Below, one piece after another: positions 1 to 12,266 of a stretch of DNA of 64,000 nucleotides (positions are counted from its first letter, which is position 1; each line of letters begins with the position of its first letter). The translations under genes were made by a program, and so were the position numbers. The notes under the pieces were generated by a model, which did not search any database, had not been told where the DNA came from, and saw only the letters and a program-made list of their open reading frames with translations. The stretch comes from Legionellales bacterium. Its GTDB lineage: Bacteria; Pseudomonadota; Gammaproteobacteria; JAHCLG01. The stretch is taken from contig JAHCLG010000002.1 of NCBI GenBank assembly GCA_026125385.1, positions 77,179 through 141,178 of the forward strand, read 5' to 3'.

Positions 1-1176
1 GATCAAAAACATAGCTCAGAAAAAGCCGAAGTCACCAATCATCAAACCTTAGAAAATTTTGCTAAAAATACATTTTTCACACCCTGTTCTCATCTGGGCT
101 TAACGCAAAGAGAATGCGACAGAAGATTGTTAATTCATATTGCAAATGAAATTATTTACCCAGAATTTCTTAACGCAAAACAAAATTCTCAAGAAAAAAA
201 CACCCTGCAGGCAAACTATATTATCACCTTATGTTATGGTGTTTTGGGTGGATTATTTTCCGTGAATAAATTGTTTGAATCATTAAAAGACAACAGATTA
301 AATCACGTCAAATCTTATGCGACTCGCTTTCTTATAAAGCACAAGCATAGAGATTTTAGAAATTTAAACTTAGCTCAGCTCGATCTAAGCTATGTTGATT
401 TTTCTAATTGTGATTTTTCTAACACCGTATTTAAAAATATCAAGTTAGATTATGCTAAATTTTCAAACGCTAAGTTAACGGGGTGTCAGTTTAATGATAT
501 GCTGCTTTATAGTGTTAATTTTTCGCATGCGATTTTAGAGAGTGTTCAATTTAATAAGTGTTTAATCAGTTCTTCCATTTTTAATCACAGCAAAAAAATC
601 ACTTCAGTCACGTTAAATAAAACTACTGTCAAATGTGACAACCTTTTAAAGACCAGCTATCAGGATAATTTTGACACCATCCAGAAATCTTTATTTTCCC
701 ATACTCCCTATAAATATTTAGCAGATTTAATTAAACCAAGTACAACCGAATACCTCGCTGGTAGAATTTTTTTAGGCGATAATTTTATCACATCTCAATT
801 TAATGGGCTTATTGTTACAATAACCCGCGCTGAGATAAACACAACACACGCGCAATGTTTGCAATTATTGTACTTTCAATTTTCAGGCGATCCACAAATT
901 GATCCGATTCTCGATGGTTTAGCTAAATTATTAGGAACTTCATCTCAGCCGCTAGAAATCGATGTCATGAAAGAGTTTATAGAGCGCGTTCATCACCAGA
1001 ACCCGGCATGGCTCGATAACCCAAACCATGCCAGCAGCCTAGAAGCCATCTTGAAGTTTTATCTCAGCGCGAAAGAAGAGATGAGTTATGAGGATTTGGA
1101 TAATCCAGGATTGGTGGCGGGGATGATGGGTAGTTGGAGGACTAAAAAAGAGAACATCCTCACACTAACACATTGA
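1..1176 (+). CDS. Pentapeptide-repeat protein, 5' partial. Frame 1 is open from the window edge, and the annotated TTG at 127 is probably internal.
   Basis: Central region 360-600 consists of tandem five-residue repeats of the A(D/N)LSxx type, for example LDLSYVDFSNCDFSNTVFKNIKLDYAKFSNAKLTGCQFNDMLLYSVNFSHAILESVQFNKCLI. There is no stop in frame from nt 1. Confidence 0.55.
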   Translation, partial: DQKHSSEKAEVTNHQTLENFAKNTFFTPCSHLGLTQRECDRRLLIHIANEIIYPEFLNAKQNSQEKNTLQANYIITLCYGVLGGLFSVNKLFESLKDNRLNHVKSYATRFLIKHKHRDFRNLNLAQLDLSYVDFSNCDFSNTVFKNIKLDYAKFSNAKLTGCQFNDMLLYSVNFSHAILESVQFNKCLISSSIFNHSKKITSVTLNKTTVKCDNLLKTSYQDNFDTIQKSLFSHTPYKYLADLIKPSTTEYLAGRIFLGDNFITSQFNGLIVTITRAEINTTHAQCLQLLYFQFSGDPQIDPILDGLAKLLGTSSQPLEIDVMKEFIERVHHQNPAWLDNPNHASSLEAILKFYLSAKEEMSYEDLDNPGLVAGMMGSWRTKKENILTLTH

Positions 1177-1330
1177 AAATATTCAATAAAAATACAATTG
1201 GTAATTCCTATTTACTTCTCACATTATTATGATATAATCGCCGAAAAATAACCTACCGGATATATAGTCTATACTTAATACTATCCCGCGAACTGAATCC
1301 AAATAATTATAATAAAATTGAGAATACGTT

Positions 1331-1735
1331 ATGAATTTTTCCAAAGATCAGATTATAAGTATTATTGAGGAAGCGCATTTTCCAGGGAGAGAACTTTCTG
1401 AAAATTATAAAAATAGTTTAGCAAATTTTATTGTGGTGACATTAAATAAAAACAAAAATCCATTATTAGAAAAACACCCTGAGGCGGTAAAACTTATTTT
1501 ACTGGAGTTTATGGCATTATCTAATGAGGTTTACAAAGGATTTTATAACAATAATAACAATGTTATAAATGATTTAGATCGTAACCAACTAAAAAATAAT
1601 TTAGATTCCATGTTAAATTGCTTTGAAATATCGGGAACATCCGCGTTTTATAAAAACTATTTTAATCTGGAGTTTCCAGGAACAACTTTAACCTCTACAG
1701 ACGACAATCTTGATGACCTAAAAAGAATTGAATAA
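1331..1735 (+). CDS. hypothetical protein (AT-rich, Asn/Lys-rich)
   Basis: Intact ATG ORF of 134 aa. Strong AT codon bias distinct from neighbouring housekeeping genes. No recognisable motif. Confidence 0.4.
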   Translation: MNFSKDQIISIIEEAHFPGRELSENYKNSLANFIVVTLNKNKNPLLEKHPEAVKLILLEFMALSNEVYKGFYNNNNNVINDLDRNQLKNNLDSMLNCFEISGTSAFYKNYFNLEFPGTTLTSTDDNLDDLKRIE

Positions 1736-1753
1736 TTTAGAACGGCAGAGAAT

Positions 1754-2341
1754 ATGAATCAAACATATGATATTTTTCAAAAAAATTTCGGATTAGAAAG
1801 TGATCATGCCAATCTTATAATACCATTTCTTAAACAAAACACAGGAGTTACTCTCCTTCACCACTTTACCGAAAAAATAATAAATGCAATTCAAGCTCGA
1901 AATTATGAATTTCTTAAAATGCCCACACCAGCTAACAATCACCTAATAACATTAGACAATAATAATGGCATCATCAATTTAACATTTCATGGGTTAATCT
2001 GTAATAACAATACTCCCGCTTTTTATTTCTCACAATCTTATTCTATTAACAGCAAAAAGAAATCTATCTGCGCTAACGAAACCACCCTACTTACTTCACA
2101 GAAAATTGCTAATCAAATATCACAAAAATACAAAAATGAATCCTATGTGGGTCAGATATTAAATTCTTATAATCAATACTCTGCTTCTAAACAGATAGCA
2201 TTATCAGTATGCTATTTGCTAGCTATCATTGTTGCCTCAGTCTTAGACTCGTTTAAGTTTGGATCACCGCATCCCAAACTAGCACCCCAGCTATTAGAAA
2301 ATGAAAAACATCGTCGTCGCCCTTCCTTTGGCGGCATGTAA
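1754..2341 (+). CDS. hypothetical protein (AT-rich)
   Basis: ATG ORF of 195 aa, 18 nt after the previous ORF. The Asn-rich stretch NNNGIINLTFHGLICNNN has no known motif. Confidence 0.4.
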   Translation: MNQTYDIFQKNFGLESDHANLIIPFLKQNTGVTLLHHFTEKIINAIQARNYEFLKMPTPANNHLITLDNNNGIINLTFHGLICNNNTPAFYFSQSYSINSKKKSICANETTLLTSQKIANQISQKYKNESYVGQILNSYNQYSASKQIALSVCYLLAIIVASVLDSFKFGSPHPKLAPQLLENEKHRRRPSFGGM

Positions 2342-2420
2342 CCCATCGCGCGCCCTTGCCCCCACCCCAAAAATCCCGTATCCTCGCGATTCATTATTAT
2401 ATTTTAAGCGGAGACGCCAC

Positions 2421-2723
2421 ATGTCTAAAAAACCACTCGCAAAAAAACACCTGCCAGAAGAATTACCTGAATTTGATTTGTCCGATTTCTTTCAGAATGA
2501 TATGCCGGAAGAGGAAGAAATGTTCAATATGATGAGCGGATTGGTGCAATTGCAACAACATCAACACAATATTGCGATTGAGCTGACTAAATTGGTTACC
2601 GCTAACAAAGCGGGTGCCAGCATGACGGAAAGTGAAATTTTTTCCATCTTCAAGCGCGCGATTCAAACCGTCAATGAAGTCACGCCACTCAATGCCCTTT
2701 TTGAAAAAATGCAGGAAATATAA
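2421..2723 (+). CDS. hypothetical small acidic protein (100 aa)
   Basis: ATG at 2421 is preceded by GGAG 8 nt upstream. The longer track ORF from 2301 lacks an RBS and overlaps the previous gene. Confidence 0.4.
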   Translation: MSKKPLAKKHLPEELPEFDLSDFFQNDMPEEEEMFNMMSGLVQLQQHQHNIAIELTKLVTANKAGASMTESEIFSIFKRAIQTVNEVTPLNALFEKMQEI

Positions 2724-2857
2724 TTTACCGCTGTGGAAAAGTTTAGCAAGAGAGATCACTCACGCTGAGGCTTAGTTCACTCAGTGTTGCGTAATCAATA
2801 ATAAGTTACGCGGAGCGCGGCTAAGTTGTGAACCAAAAAAATATTGAAAAACAAAAT

Positions 2858-3100
2858 AGGGCGTGTTGACACTTCGCGATGGCTTAACGGGGCTTGTTGA
2901 TGTTTGAGCACTAGCGCGCAGTTTACACGAAGTCAATGAGCAGCGGAGCAGAATTGTCAACACGCCCTACTCTTCACTCTTGCATGGTAGGCATTGGTGC
3001 TGTGCTAAAGCTACAAATGGATCTCAATATACTCCTTCCCATGTTTAACTCGGCGCTGCGCTTAATGATCATAAATACTGGTTTTTATGAAAGCACACGC
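2858..3100 (+). repeat. Composite repeat locus. The inverted pair AGGGCGTGTTGACAC (2858-2872) and TGTCAACACGCCCT (2955-2968) encloses about 80 nt, followed by a degenerate copy of the ~145-bp MITE-like element (2969-3100).
   Basis: 14-nt inverted repeat read directly. 2969-3100 aligns with 51008-51125 (ACTCTTCAC..CTTG..TAGG ... ACTCCTTC.CAT.TTAA.CTCGG.GC..CGC.TAA..ATC) at roughly 70-75% identity. Confidence 0.55.
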
Positions 3101-3210
3101 CGCCCATTGATCAGCACTCCTTGAATTCAGCTCCACAGCAACTAAACTTAAAGTGTCAAAGATTTCAGTCTACGTTCATTTTTCTTTCATGTTAACCGAG
3201 TGTAAATTCT

Positions 3211-4299
3211 ATGTTCAAAACAATGTTAGCTAGAAGACACTGTCCCAAACTAGCGCCAAAATTTGCAACCAATAAAGCCACCGCGGCCAATAACGATTAT
3301 TATTATTCACCCTCACGTCAACCCCGCGTAAAATTAGTTGCAAACACTCCCGAATTAGAGTTACAAAAAGGTGATCATCTTTACGTTTATAAATCGTTTG
3401 GAACTTATACACACCATGCTTTATATATTGGTGGTGGGCATGTAGTGCAATATTCTGGATTTGCCAAAGAAATGAGTAGCGCGCCAGTGGAAATTGTCTC
3501 GCTCAAAGAATTTTCACAAGGCCATAAAATTTATTGTAAAAAACACGCTAAACGCTTTTACACCTTTTCACGGGAAGAAGCCATTCAACGTGGACTATCG
3601 CGCGTCGGCGAAAATGATTATTCTTTAATGAACAATAATTGCGAACATTTCGTGCAATGGTGTTTATCAGGTAAACATTATAGCCCACAAGTGCAATTGA
3701 CGGTATTTAGTCTAAATACCAATTTAGCATTGTATTTAATTCATCATTTAGTAGGTGAAATTACCAGCGGATTTTCATTAACTGAAATTATTTTTCAGAA
3801 TTTATTGTTAGCGATGTGTTTAGTTTTAGGATTAACGCTTAGCATGCAATTGGCCACTCATTTATTGAACCGAACTTTATTATCCTTTCGTCACGCTGAT
3901 GTGGCTGGTGTTTGCGCCAGACATTTAAGCCGAACCGCCGCCATGATAGCGGGATTAATTGTTACTTTGTTGGTGGTTATTATGATTAATTTTTTTGCAA
4001 GCCAAATGGGCAACCCCACGCAGTCACTGTATTATGGTTTGGAATATTTAGGAAATTATTTTTCCAGTGATTATAAATTAGGAATTGTGCTATGTTTATG
4101 TTTACCCTTTATTGCCATTTTAGCCACAGGCAGTGCCTGTTATTATAGTTTACGAAATTATTTTAAATTCCAAAAACCAAAATCGCTTAAGACTAAAACC
4201 CCATCCGTAGTTAAGCGTTACGCGTTAAAAACCACAATAATACTCGCACCCTTTTCGATGATTTTAATTATGTATCAAACCATCGCTCAAATACTCTAA
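3211..4299 (+). CDS. LRAT/PLAAT-like (NlpC/P60 superfamily) acyltransferase or phospholipase domain protein with a C-terminal multi-pass membrane region
   Basis: N-terminal domain has the His box (THHALYIGGGHVVQYSG) and the catalytic-Cys motif NCEHF (NNNCEHFVQWCL) typical of the LRAT/H-Ras-like suppressor (H-RAS-like suppressor (HRASLS)) family. The C-terminal ~170 aa are hydrophobic, forming 4-5 predicted TM helices. Confidence 0.6.
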   Translation: MFKTMLARRHCPKLAPKFATNKATAANNDYYYSPSRQPRVKLVANTPELELQKGDHLYVYKSFGTYTHHALYIGGGHVVQYSGFAKEMSSAPVEIVSLKEFSQGHKIYCKKHAKRFYTFSREEAIQRGLSRVGENDYSLMNNNCEHFVQWCLSGKHYSPQVQLTVFSLNTNLALYLIHHLVGEITSGFSLTEIIFQNLLLAMCLVLGLTLSMQLATHLLNRTLLSFRHADVAGVCARHLSRTAAMIAGLIVTLLVVIMINFFASQMGNPTQSLYYGLEYLGNYFSSDYKLGIVLCLCLPFIAILATGSACYYSLRNYFKFQKPKSLKTKTPSVVKRYALKTTIILAPFSMILIMYQTIAQIL

Positions 4300-4342
4300 T
4301 TAAAATTCGGCAGTTAAGCACGATTATCGATAATTATCGCCT

Positions 4343-4388
4343 AGAAATGATCACAAAACGTTTTGTCTATTTTTGTGATCAATTTCTT
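4343..4388. terminator. Long imperfect palindrome between convergent genes (GAAATGATCACAAAA ... TTTTGTGATCAATTTC), a putative bidirectional terminator
   Basis: ~15-bp inverted repeat with a 14-nt spacer that itself contains the palindrome ACAAAACGTTTTGT. Lies between the 3' ends of 3211..4299 (+) and gyrB (-). Confidence 0.3.
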
Positions 4389-4409
4389 AGGTTAATAATC
4401 TCGCCAAAC

Positions 4410-6833
<2,424 letters not shown>

Positions 6834-7077
6834 TTATCGCTCCGTTATTAGTAATATGCAGAATTTCAACCCCACGATGATTAGGGTTGAACGCTAAACC
6901 AGGCGCACATTATAGCATTTTCTAGGCCAAATACGCCAAAATTAATCCGTATTCTGCAAGCCATTATTAGGGATTAGACAGAAAGTAGGGAAAAGTAAAT
7001 TGTAAACAATTGTTTCATACTCACCCTTCTTATGCACAACCACAGGAGAAACTAAGTAATTGAATCATAACGCGCAC

Positions 7078-8154
7078 TTAGGAAACAATAGCCCCTTGTT
7101 TCACGTGAAACGTTGTATAATTTTCGCGAGCAAGCGCCGTTATTTGTGGTAGATTCACGCTAGTTATAAACGCTTGCCCACCCAATTCATAAATAACCTC
7201 TAATAAAAATGCTTGATGATGGCTATCCAGTTCAGCAATTAAATCATCTAATAAATAGATGGCTGACAATGATTTTTCGCTTTGCAGTAGCTTACCTTGC
7301 GTTAATCGCAACACATTGATCAATACCTTCTGTTGCCCTCGCGACAGTATTTGATAGGCAGGAACATCATCGACTAAAATCGCAATGTCCGCTCGATGCG
7401 GTCCTAAGCGAGTATATCCGCATTCACAGTCTGTTTTGTAGTTGAGTTGTAAACACTCGTTAAAGTTTTGATCTTTAGGCCAGCCTTGGCGATAAGACAA
7501 GCTAAGATTGATCGTACTAAGCCATAGCGATTGGAAAGTTTGAAAGTATGTTAGAAATTTTGCAAAATACGCTTCACGATACTGATGAATAGCATTAGCA
7601 TGAAAGGCCATCGCTTCATCCCAACCTTGCAATTGCGAGTAAGGTAACTGTTGCTTTAAACCGCTATTACGCTGATTAAGCGCCTTTTGATAACTCTGCC
7701 AATGATGGATAAAATTAGGTTCCACGTGAAACACTCCCCAATCCAAAAATTGGCGACGAAATTTTGGCCCATCATTGAGCAACTGATAACTATCTTGATT
7801 GATTAGTAATAAGGGTAATAGTTTTGCTGTTTCGATATTTGAACGTTGGTTAACGCCATTAATTTTAATGACAGACGCTTTTTCCGCTAACGCATATTGA
7901 TAACCTAAGCGGTAATTCATTTGATTAATATTCACTTCGGCAAATAAAGTTAATTGACTAGCGTTAAAATTCACTAAACGCTTCGTTAAATGATGGCGAA
8001 ACGAACGTCCAAAGGCTAATAAATAAATCGCTTCAAGAATACTGGATTTACCACTGCCATTATCACCATAAAAAAAATTAAACTGGGGGTGACATTCAAT
8101 AAGAGTCTGTTGAATATTTCGCAGAGATTGAATATTGACTGAAGTAATCGTCAT
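7078..8154 (-). CDS. recF: DNA replication and repair protein RecF
   Basis: 358 aa. Walker A FYGDNGSGKSSILEAI. Position between dnaN and gyrB. Confidence 0.9.
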   Translation of the reverse strand: MTITSVNIQSLRNIQQTLIECHPQFNFFYGDNGSGKSSILEAIYLLAFGRSFRHHLTKRLVNFNASQLTLFAEVNINQMNYRLGYQYALAEKASVIKINGVNQRSNIETAKLLPLLLINQDSYQLLNDGPKFRRQFLDWGVFHVEPNFIHHWQSYQKALNQRNSGLKQQLPYSQLQGWDEAMAFHANAIHQYREAYFAKFLTYFQTFQSLWLSTINLSLSYRQGWPKDQNFNECLQLNYKTDCECGYTRLGPHRADIAILVDDVPAYQILSRGQQKVLINVLRLTQGKLLQSEKSLSAIYLLDDLIAELDSHHQAFLLEVIYELGGQAFITSVNLPQITALARENYTTFHVKQGAIVS

Positions 8155-8176
8155 CGCATCTAACCCGCCTAAGGGT

Positions 8177-9286
8177 TTAAATTGTCATGGGCATCACTAC
8201 AAAATAGCATTGTCTAGCTGATTCTATTTCTTTAACCAATAAACTACTGTTCGCATCGGCGAATAAAAAAGTAACTTGTTCACTGGGAAGGGTATTTAAA
8301 ATATCGAGCAAATAATTAACGTTAAATGCAATATCCAAATCATCTCCCTCATAAAGCGCTTCCAGCTGTTCTTCTGCTTCTTCTTGTTCAGGATTGTGCG
8401 CAATGACGTTAATAAAACCCTGGCGAAGCTGTAAACACACGCCACGAAATTTCTCATTGGATAAAATTGCAGTGCGCATTAACGCCTCTTTAAATTTTTC
8501 GCGATCGACGGTTAAGGGTTTATTGCAATGTGCTGGAATAGCTGCATTATAATCGGGAAAACGTCCATCAATTAATTTGGAAATAAAAGAATAGTTATCG
8601 ACTTGAATTTTTATGTGATTATTACTAATACAGATGTCGAGGGTATCGTCGTTGTCTTGTAAAAAGCGCATTAGTTCTAAAACCCCTTTACGAGGAATGA
8701 TAATGCGATAATTTGTTAATTGCGGTTGTTTAGGCAAGGTATACTGAGAAATAGACATACGATGACCATCTGTTGCCGCAATAATGAGTTCCTGATCACG
8801 AATTTCAAAAAGCAACCCATTTAAAAAATAGCGGACATCTTGTTGCGCCATAGCAAAATACGTGTATTGAATTAACGAGTGCAATTGATGTTGCATAAGC
8901 TTAAACTCCACTAACCCAACCTCTTCTTCCACACGCGGGAAATCTTCAGCTGGCAAAGTCAGTAAAGTGAACTTGCTTTTCTCTGAGCGAATATTTAAAC
9001 GTTGATCATCCGCTTGAAATTCAATTTGCGCTACTTCGGGTAGCGCGCGACAAATATCAAATAGTTTTCTTCCAGGAACGGTAATCGCCCCTTCCTCGCA
9101 ATCACCGATTAATGTTAAGTTTGCATCCAATTCAATTTCAGTATCGGTTGCTACTAAACACAAACGCTTAGCATTCACTTGAATTAAGATATTCGCTAAA
9201 ATGGGTAACGATTTTCGACGCTCAACCACCCCCGCAATAACTTGCAAGGGTTTAAGTAGTGTTTCGCGATCGATAGTAAAACGCAT
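8177..9286 (-). CDS. dnaN: DNA polymerase III beta sliding clamp
   Basis: 369 aa. Beta-clamp N-terminus MRFTIDRETLLKPLQVIAGVVERR. Immediately downstream of dnaA. Confidence 0.9.
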   Translation of the reverse strand: MRFTIDRETLLKPLQVIAGVVERRKSLPILANILIQVNAKRLCLVATDTEIELDANLTLIGDCEEGAITVPGRKLFDICRALPEVAQIEFQADDQRLNIRSEKSKFTLLTLPAEDFPRVEEEVGLVEFKLMQHQLHSLIQYTYFAMAQQDVRYFLNGLLFEIRDQELIIAATDGHRMSISQYTLPKQPQLTNYRIIIPRKGVLELMRFLQDNDDTLDICISNNHIKIQVDNYSFISKLIDGRFPDYNAAIPAHCNKPLTVDREKFKEALMRTAILSNEKFRGVCLQLRQGFINVIAHNPEQEEAEEQLEALYEGDDLDIAFNVNYLLDILNTLPSEQVTFLFADANSSLLVKEIESARQCYFVVMPMTI

Positions 9287-9298
9287 AGATGATTTCCT

Positions 9299-10696
9299 TT
9301 AAGTCGATAAAATCCTCAATAAATTTTTATAATCTTCAGAGGTATCTATACTTGTTTGAACTAATTCTTTAATTTTACGACACGCATGCAATACCGTGGT
9401 GTGATCTCGACCACCAAAAGCATCTCCAATTTCCGGCAAGCTGTGATTAGTTAGCTCTTTAGCTATCGCCATAGCCATTTGACGAGGTCTCGCCACAGAG
9501 CGACTGCGACGTTTTGACAAAAGATCGGCTACTTTAACTTTATAATATTCTGCAACCGTTTTTTGAATATTTTCGATGGTCACTAATTTATCTTGTAGTG
9601 CTAATAAGTCTTTTAGTGCTTCGCGGACAAAATCAAGTGTGATAGGTTTGCCGGTGAAGTGAGCATTAGCAATCACTCGTTTTAATGCGCCTTCTAATTC
9701 ACGCACATTGGAACGGATGCGTTTAGCAATAAAAAAAGCCACTTCGTAAGGTAAATTAATTCCAGCCAGTTCTGCTTTCGTCATTAAAATTGCCACTCGG
9801 GTTTCTAATTCAGGAGGTTCTACTGCGACAGTAAGCCCCCAGCCAAAACGTGAGCGCAAACGTTCTTCGAGTCCGCTAATTTCTTTGGGATAGCGATCGC
9901 AGGTTAAAATCATTTGTTTTTGACCTTCCAACAAGGCGTTAAACGTATGAAAAAATTCTTCTTGTGAGCGATCTTTACCCGCAAAAAATTGAATATCATC
10001 GATAAGTAATGCATCAACACTACGATAATAACGTTTAAAGGTATTCATAGAATTAGTTTGTAACGCTTTTACCATATCAGCAACAAACCGTTCGGAATGT
10101 AAATATAACACTTTGGCATTACGATTTTTCGTTTGAATCAAATTTCCCACCGCATGCATTAAATGAGTTTTACCTAATCCTACGCCACCATAAAGAAATA
10201 AAGGATTATAAGCACCACCAGGATTTTCGGCGACTTGCATTGACGCGGCTCGTGCTAACTGATTGGATTTACCTTCGACAAAATTTTCAAAGGTAAACAT
10301 TTTATTTAAATTACTTTGATGCGAAATGGATTCCACAGAATTGGCTTTATGAATTTGCGGTGCCGTTTTTATTTCGCCATGAGAAGAAGAGGACGCATAT
10401 CCCTCACTTGCCGTATTTTGTGGTAACACCGCTTTAACATCACTCACAATTGTGCGTGATCCAATTTGCAAATTGACTTGTACCGGATCTTCACCACTAA
10501 ACTGCGTCACCAATTCATTAATTCGATTTAAAAAACGTTGTTCGATCCACTCAAGAACAAAACGATTTGGTGCCAGTAATATTAATTGATTATCTTGATA
10601 TTCTGCCTGCAATGGCAAAATCCAAGTATTAAATTGATGAGGTGAATATTCCTTTTTTAAACTACTTAAGCATTCATTCCAAATTGAAAATTTCAC
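9299..10696 (-). CDS. dnaA: Chromosomal replication initiator DnaA
   Basis: 465 aa. AAA+ Walker [18 protein letters not shown]-terminus [21 protein letters not shown] is typical of DnaA. GTG start preceded by GGAGAG. Confidence 0.95.
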   Translation of the reverse strand: MKFSIWNECLSSLKKEYSPHQFNTWILPLQAEYQDNQLILLAPNRFVLEWIEQRFLNRINELVTQFSGEDPVQVNLQIGSRTIVSDVKAVLPQNTASEGYASSSSHGEIKTAPQIHKANSVESISHQSNLNKMFTFENFVEGKSNQLARAASMQVAENPGGAYNPLFLYGGVGLGKTHLMHAVGNLIQTKNRNAKVLYLHSERFVADMVKALQTNSMNTFKRYYRSVDALLIDDIQFFAGKDRSQEEFFHTFNALLEGQKQMILTCDRYPKEISGLEERLRSRFGWGLTVAVEPPELETRVAILMTKAELAGINLPYEVAFFIAKRIRSNVRELEGALKRVIANAHFTGKPITLDFVREALKDLLALQDKLVTIENIQKTVAEYYKVKVADLLSKRRSRSVARPRQMAMAIAKELTNHSLPEIGDAFGGRDHTTVLHACRKIKELVQTSIDTSEDYKNLLRILST

Positions 10697-11557
10697 TGTT
10701 ACTCTCCAACCTCATTTTATGCTTCATCTTTCAAAGGCTGCCCATTCTATACCCCTTTATCTAAGTTATCCACACCCTTAAATAATTATTTTAAAAAAAA
10801 TAAAAAGCAATAAATTTAAAAAATTATTGCAAAAATTGAAAGCACAATATTTAAAAAAATAATTAAAAATAAACACAACATATAGATTATTAACGGAATA
10901 GGATGTTTGTCTTTGGTAATACTTAAAACGTAAGCTATAAATTTTAACGTGCTGTTCAGCGCTCGCGTCGCCATCATCACGCACCTATATTAAAAAACAA
11001 CAAAGAACTAACGAACTTTCAGTTGTTTTAATTTAGAAAAAAAAACAGTAACACCCTAGTTTTTATTGGTAATCGAAATTATTCATAACCCCGATCAAGA
11101 AAATCGCAGCTTTAAACGCTCATCACTCTCAAGAATAACTTTGTTACAACCTGTGTTCGAAGCTACGTTAAACCATTAGACTAAATGTGGATAAAAAGCC
11201 CTATTTCTAAAAAGCCCCCATTCCATACATTTCCGTAAACAGGAGTTCGGCATCTAACCCCAAAGATATTCACAAATTATATATTTTGTAACTTATTGAA
11301 AATAAATAAATAATAAGATTAATCCACAGAAATTTTGCACTTAATAACAATAAAAAAAATCTTAATATAAAATATTTATTTTATTATTATGTTATAAAGA
11401 TAATTTTGTAAAAAACTGGAAGGTGAAATATTTAACTTATTGATTTATTTAGTTTTTTAATGGATTTTAGAGGTATTTCATTGATTTAATTGACTTTACC
11501 GATTAAGTTGTCTAATATTCCCGCCCCTAGAGTAATATTTAACTAAAGTGCATTGCT
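10697..11557. other. oriC: Chromosomal replication origin (oriC) between divergent dnaA and rpmH
   Basis: 860-bp non-coding, strongly AT-rich region. Perfect DnaA boxes TTATCCACA at 10766-10774 and TGTGGATAA at 11186-11194. One-mismatch box TAATCCACA at 11320-11328. Long A/T tracts (10780-10870, 11280-11410) are consistent with a DNA unwinding element. Flanked by the dnaA-dnaN-recF-gyrB and rpmH-rnpA-yidC-mnmE operons. Confidence 0.7.
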
Positions 11558-11692
11558 ATGAAAAGAACCTATCAACCTAGTAAATTAAAACGCCAAAGAA
11601 CTCATGGTTTTCGTGCGCGCATGGCGACTAAAAATGGTCAAGCGGTGATCAAACGTCGTCGTGCCAAAGGTCGTAAACGTCTTACAGCCTAA
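11558..11692 (+). CDS. rpmH: 50S ribosomal protein L34
   Basis: Translates to [44 protein letters not shown] (44 aa), the near-invariant L34 sequence. Not in the ORF track because it is under 60 aa. Confidence 0.9.
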   Translation: MKRTYQPSKLKRQRTHGFRARMATKNGQAVIKRRRAKGRKRLTA

Positions 11693-11697
11693 AATCA

Positions 11698-12045
11698 TTG
11701 GTCGCGTTTAATTACCCGAAACAAAATCGTTTACAAGCATTTCGTGAATATCGAAATGTAATGCATTGTGGAAAAAAAATAATTTCTTCTTGTTTTGTAA
11801 TTTATTCTAAACAAAATTTCCAACAACCTAAGTTGGGAATTATTGTTGCTAAAAAACAAGTAAAATTATCCGTGAAACGCAATGGAATTAAACGTATAAT
11901 CCGCGAAAGTTTTCGTCATGCTATAAATTCATTACCACATCATGATTTTGTAGTGATTGTACGTCACCGAGTCTTAACCAAAGACAGCAGCGAAGTAAGA
12001 GTTGAGTTAAATCGATTATGGGAAAAATTAGCCAACGTGGTTTAA
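11698..12045 (+). CDS. rnpA: Ribonuclease P protein component. Start uncertain (TTG at 11698 or downstream).
   Basis: Basic 115-aa protein with [26 protein letters not shown], similar to the E. coli RnpA RNR motif region. Directly after rpmH. Confidence 0.8.
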   Translation: MVAFNYPKQNRLQAFREYRNVMHCGKKIISSCFVIYSKQNFQQPKLGIIVAKKQVKLSVKRNGIKRIIRESFRHAINSLPHHDFVVIVRHRVLTKDSSEVRVELNRLWEKLANVV

Positions 12046-12266
12046 TCAAATTGATTCAATTATACCGTTTATTTTTAAGTCCATTATTAGGACCTCGCTG
12101 TCGTTTTTATCCCACCTGTTCTGAATATGCCATCACCGCATTAACAGAGTATGGAATATTAAAAGGTTTTTGGTTAATACTAAAACGTCTATTACGCTGT
12201 CATCCCTTTCATCGTGGGGGTATTGATTTCGTCCCTGAAAAAAATTCAAAAGGTAACAATACATAA
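12018..12266 (+). CDS. yidD: Membrane protein insertion efficiency factor YidD
   Basis: 82 aa, with [59 protein letters not shown]. Canonical position between rnpA and yidC. Confidence 0.85.
   Translation: MGKISQRGLIKLIQLYRLFLSPLLGPRCRFYPTCSEYAITALTEYGILKGFWLILKRLLRCHPFHRGGIDFVPEKNSKGNNT

Noticed and set aside
2781-3124. Two 60-62-aa ORFs (2781..2963 minus, 2936..3124 plus)
   Set aside because: They lie within the inverted-repeat/degenerate MITE locus. Short, with no RBS, and more likely non-coding structured DNA or RNA.
10778-10984. 68-aa ORF on the minus strand
   Set aside because: It lies inside the AT-rich oriC region. The Phe/Asn/Ile-rich translation reflects A/T tracts.
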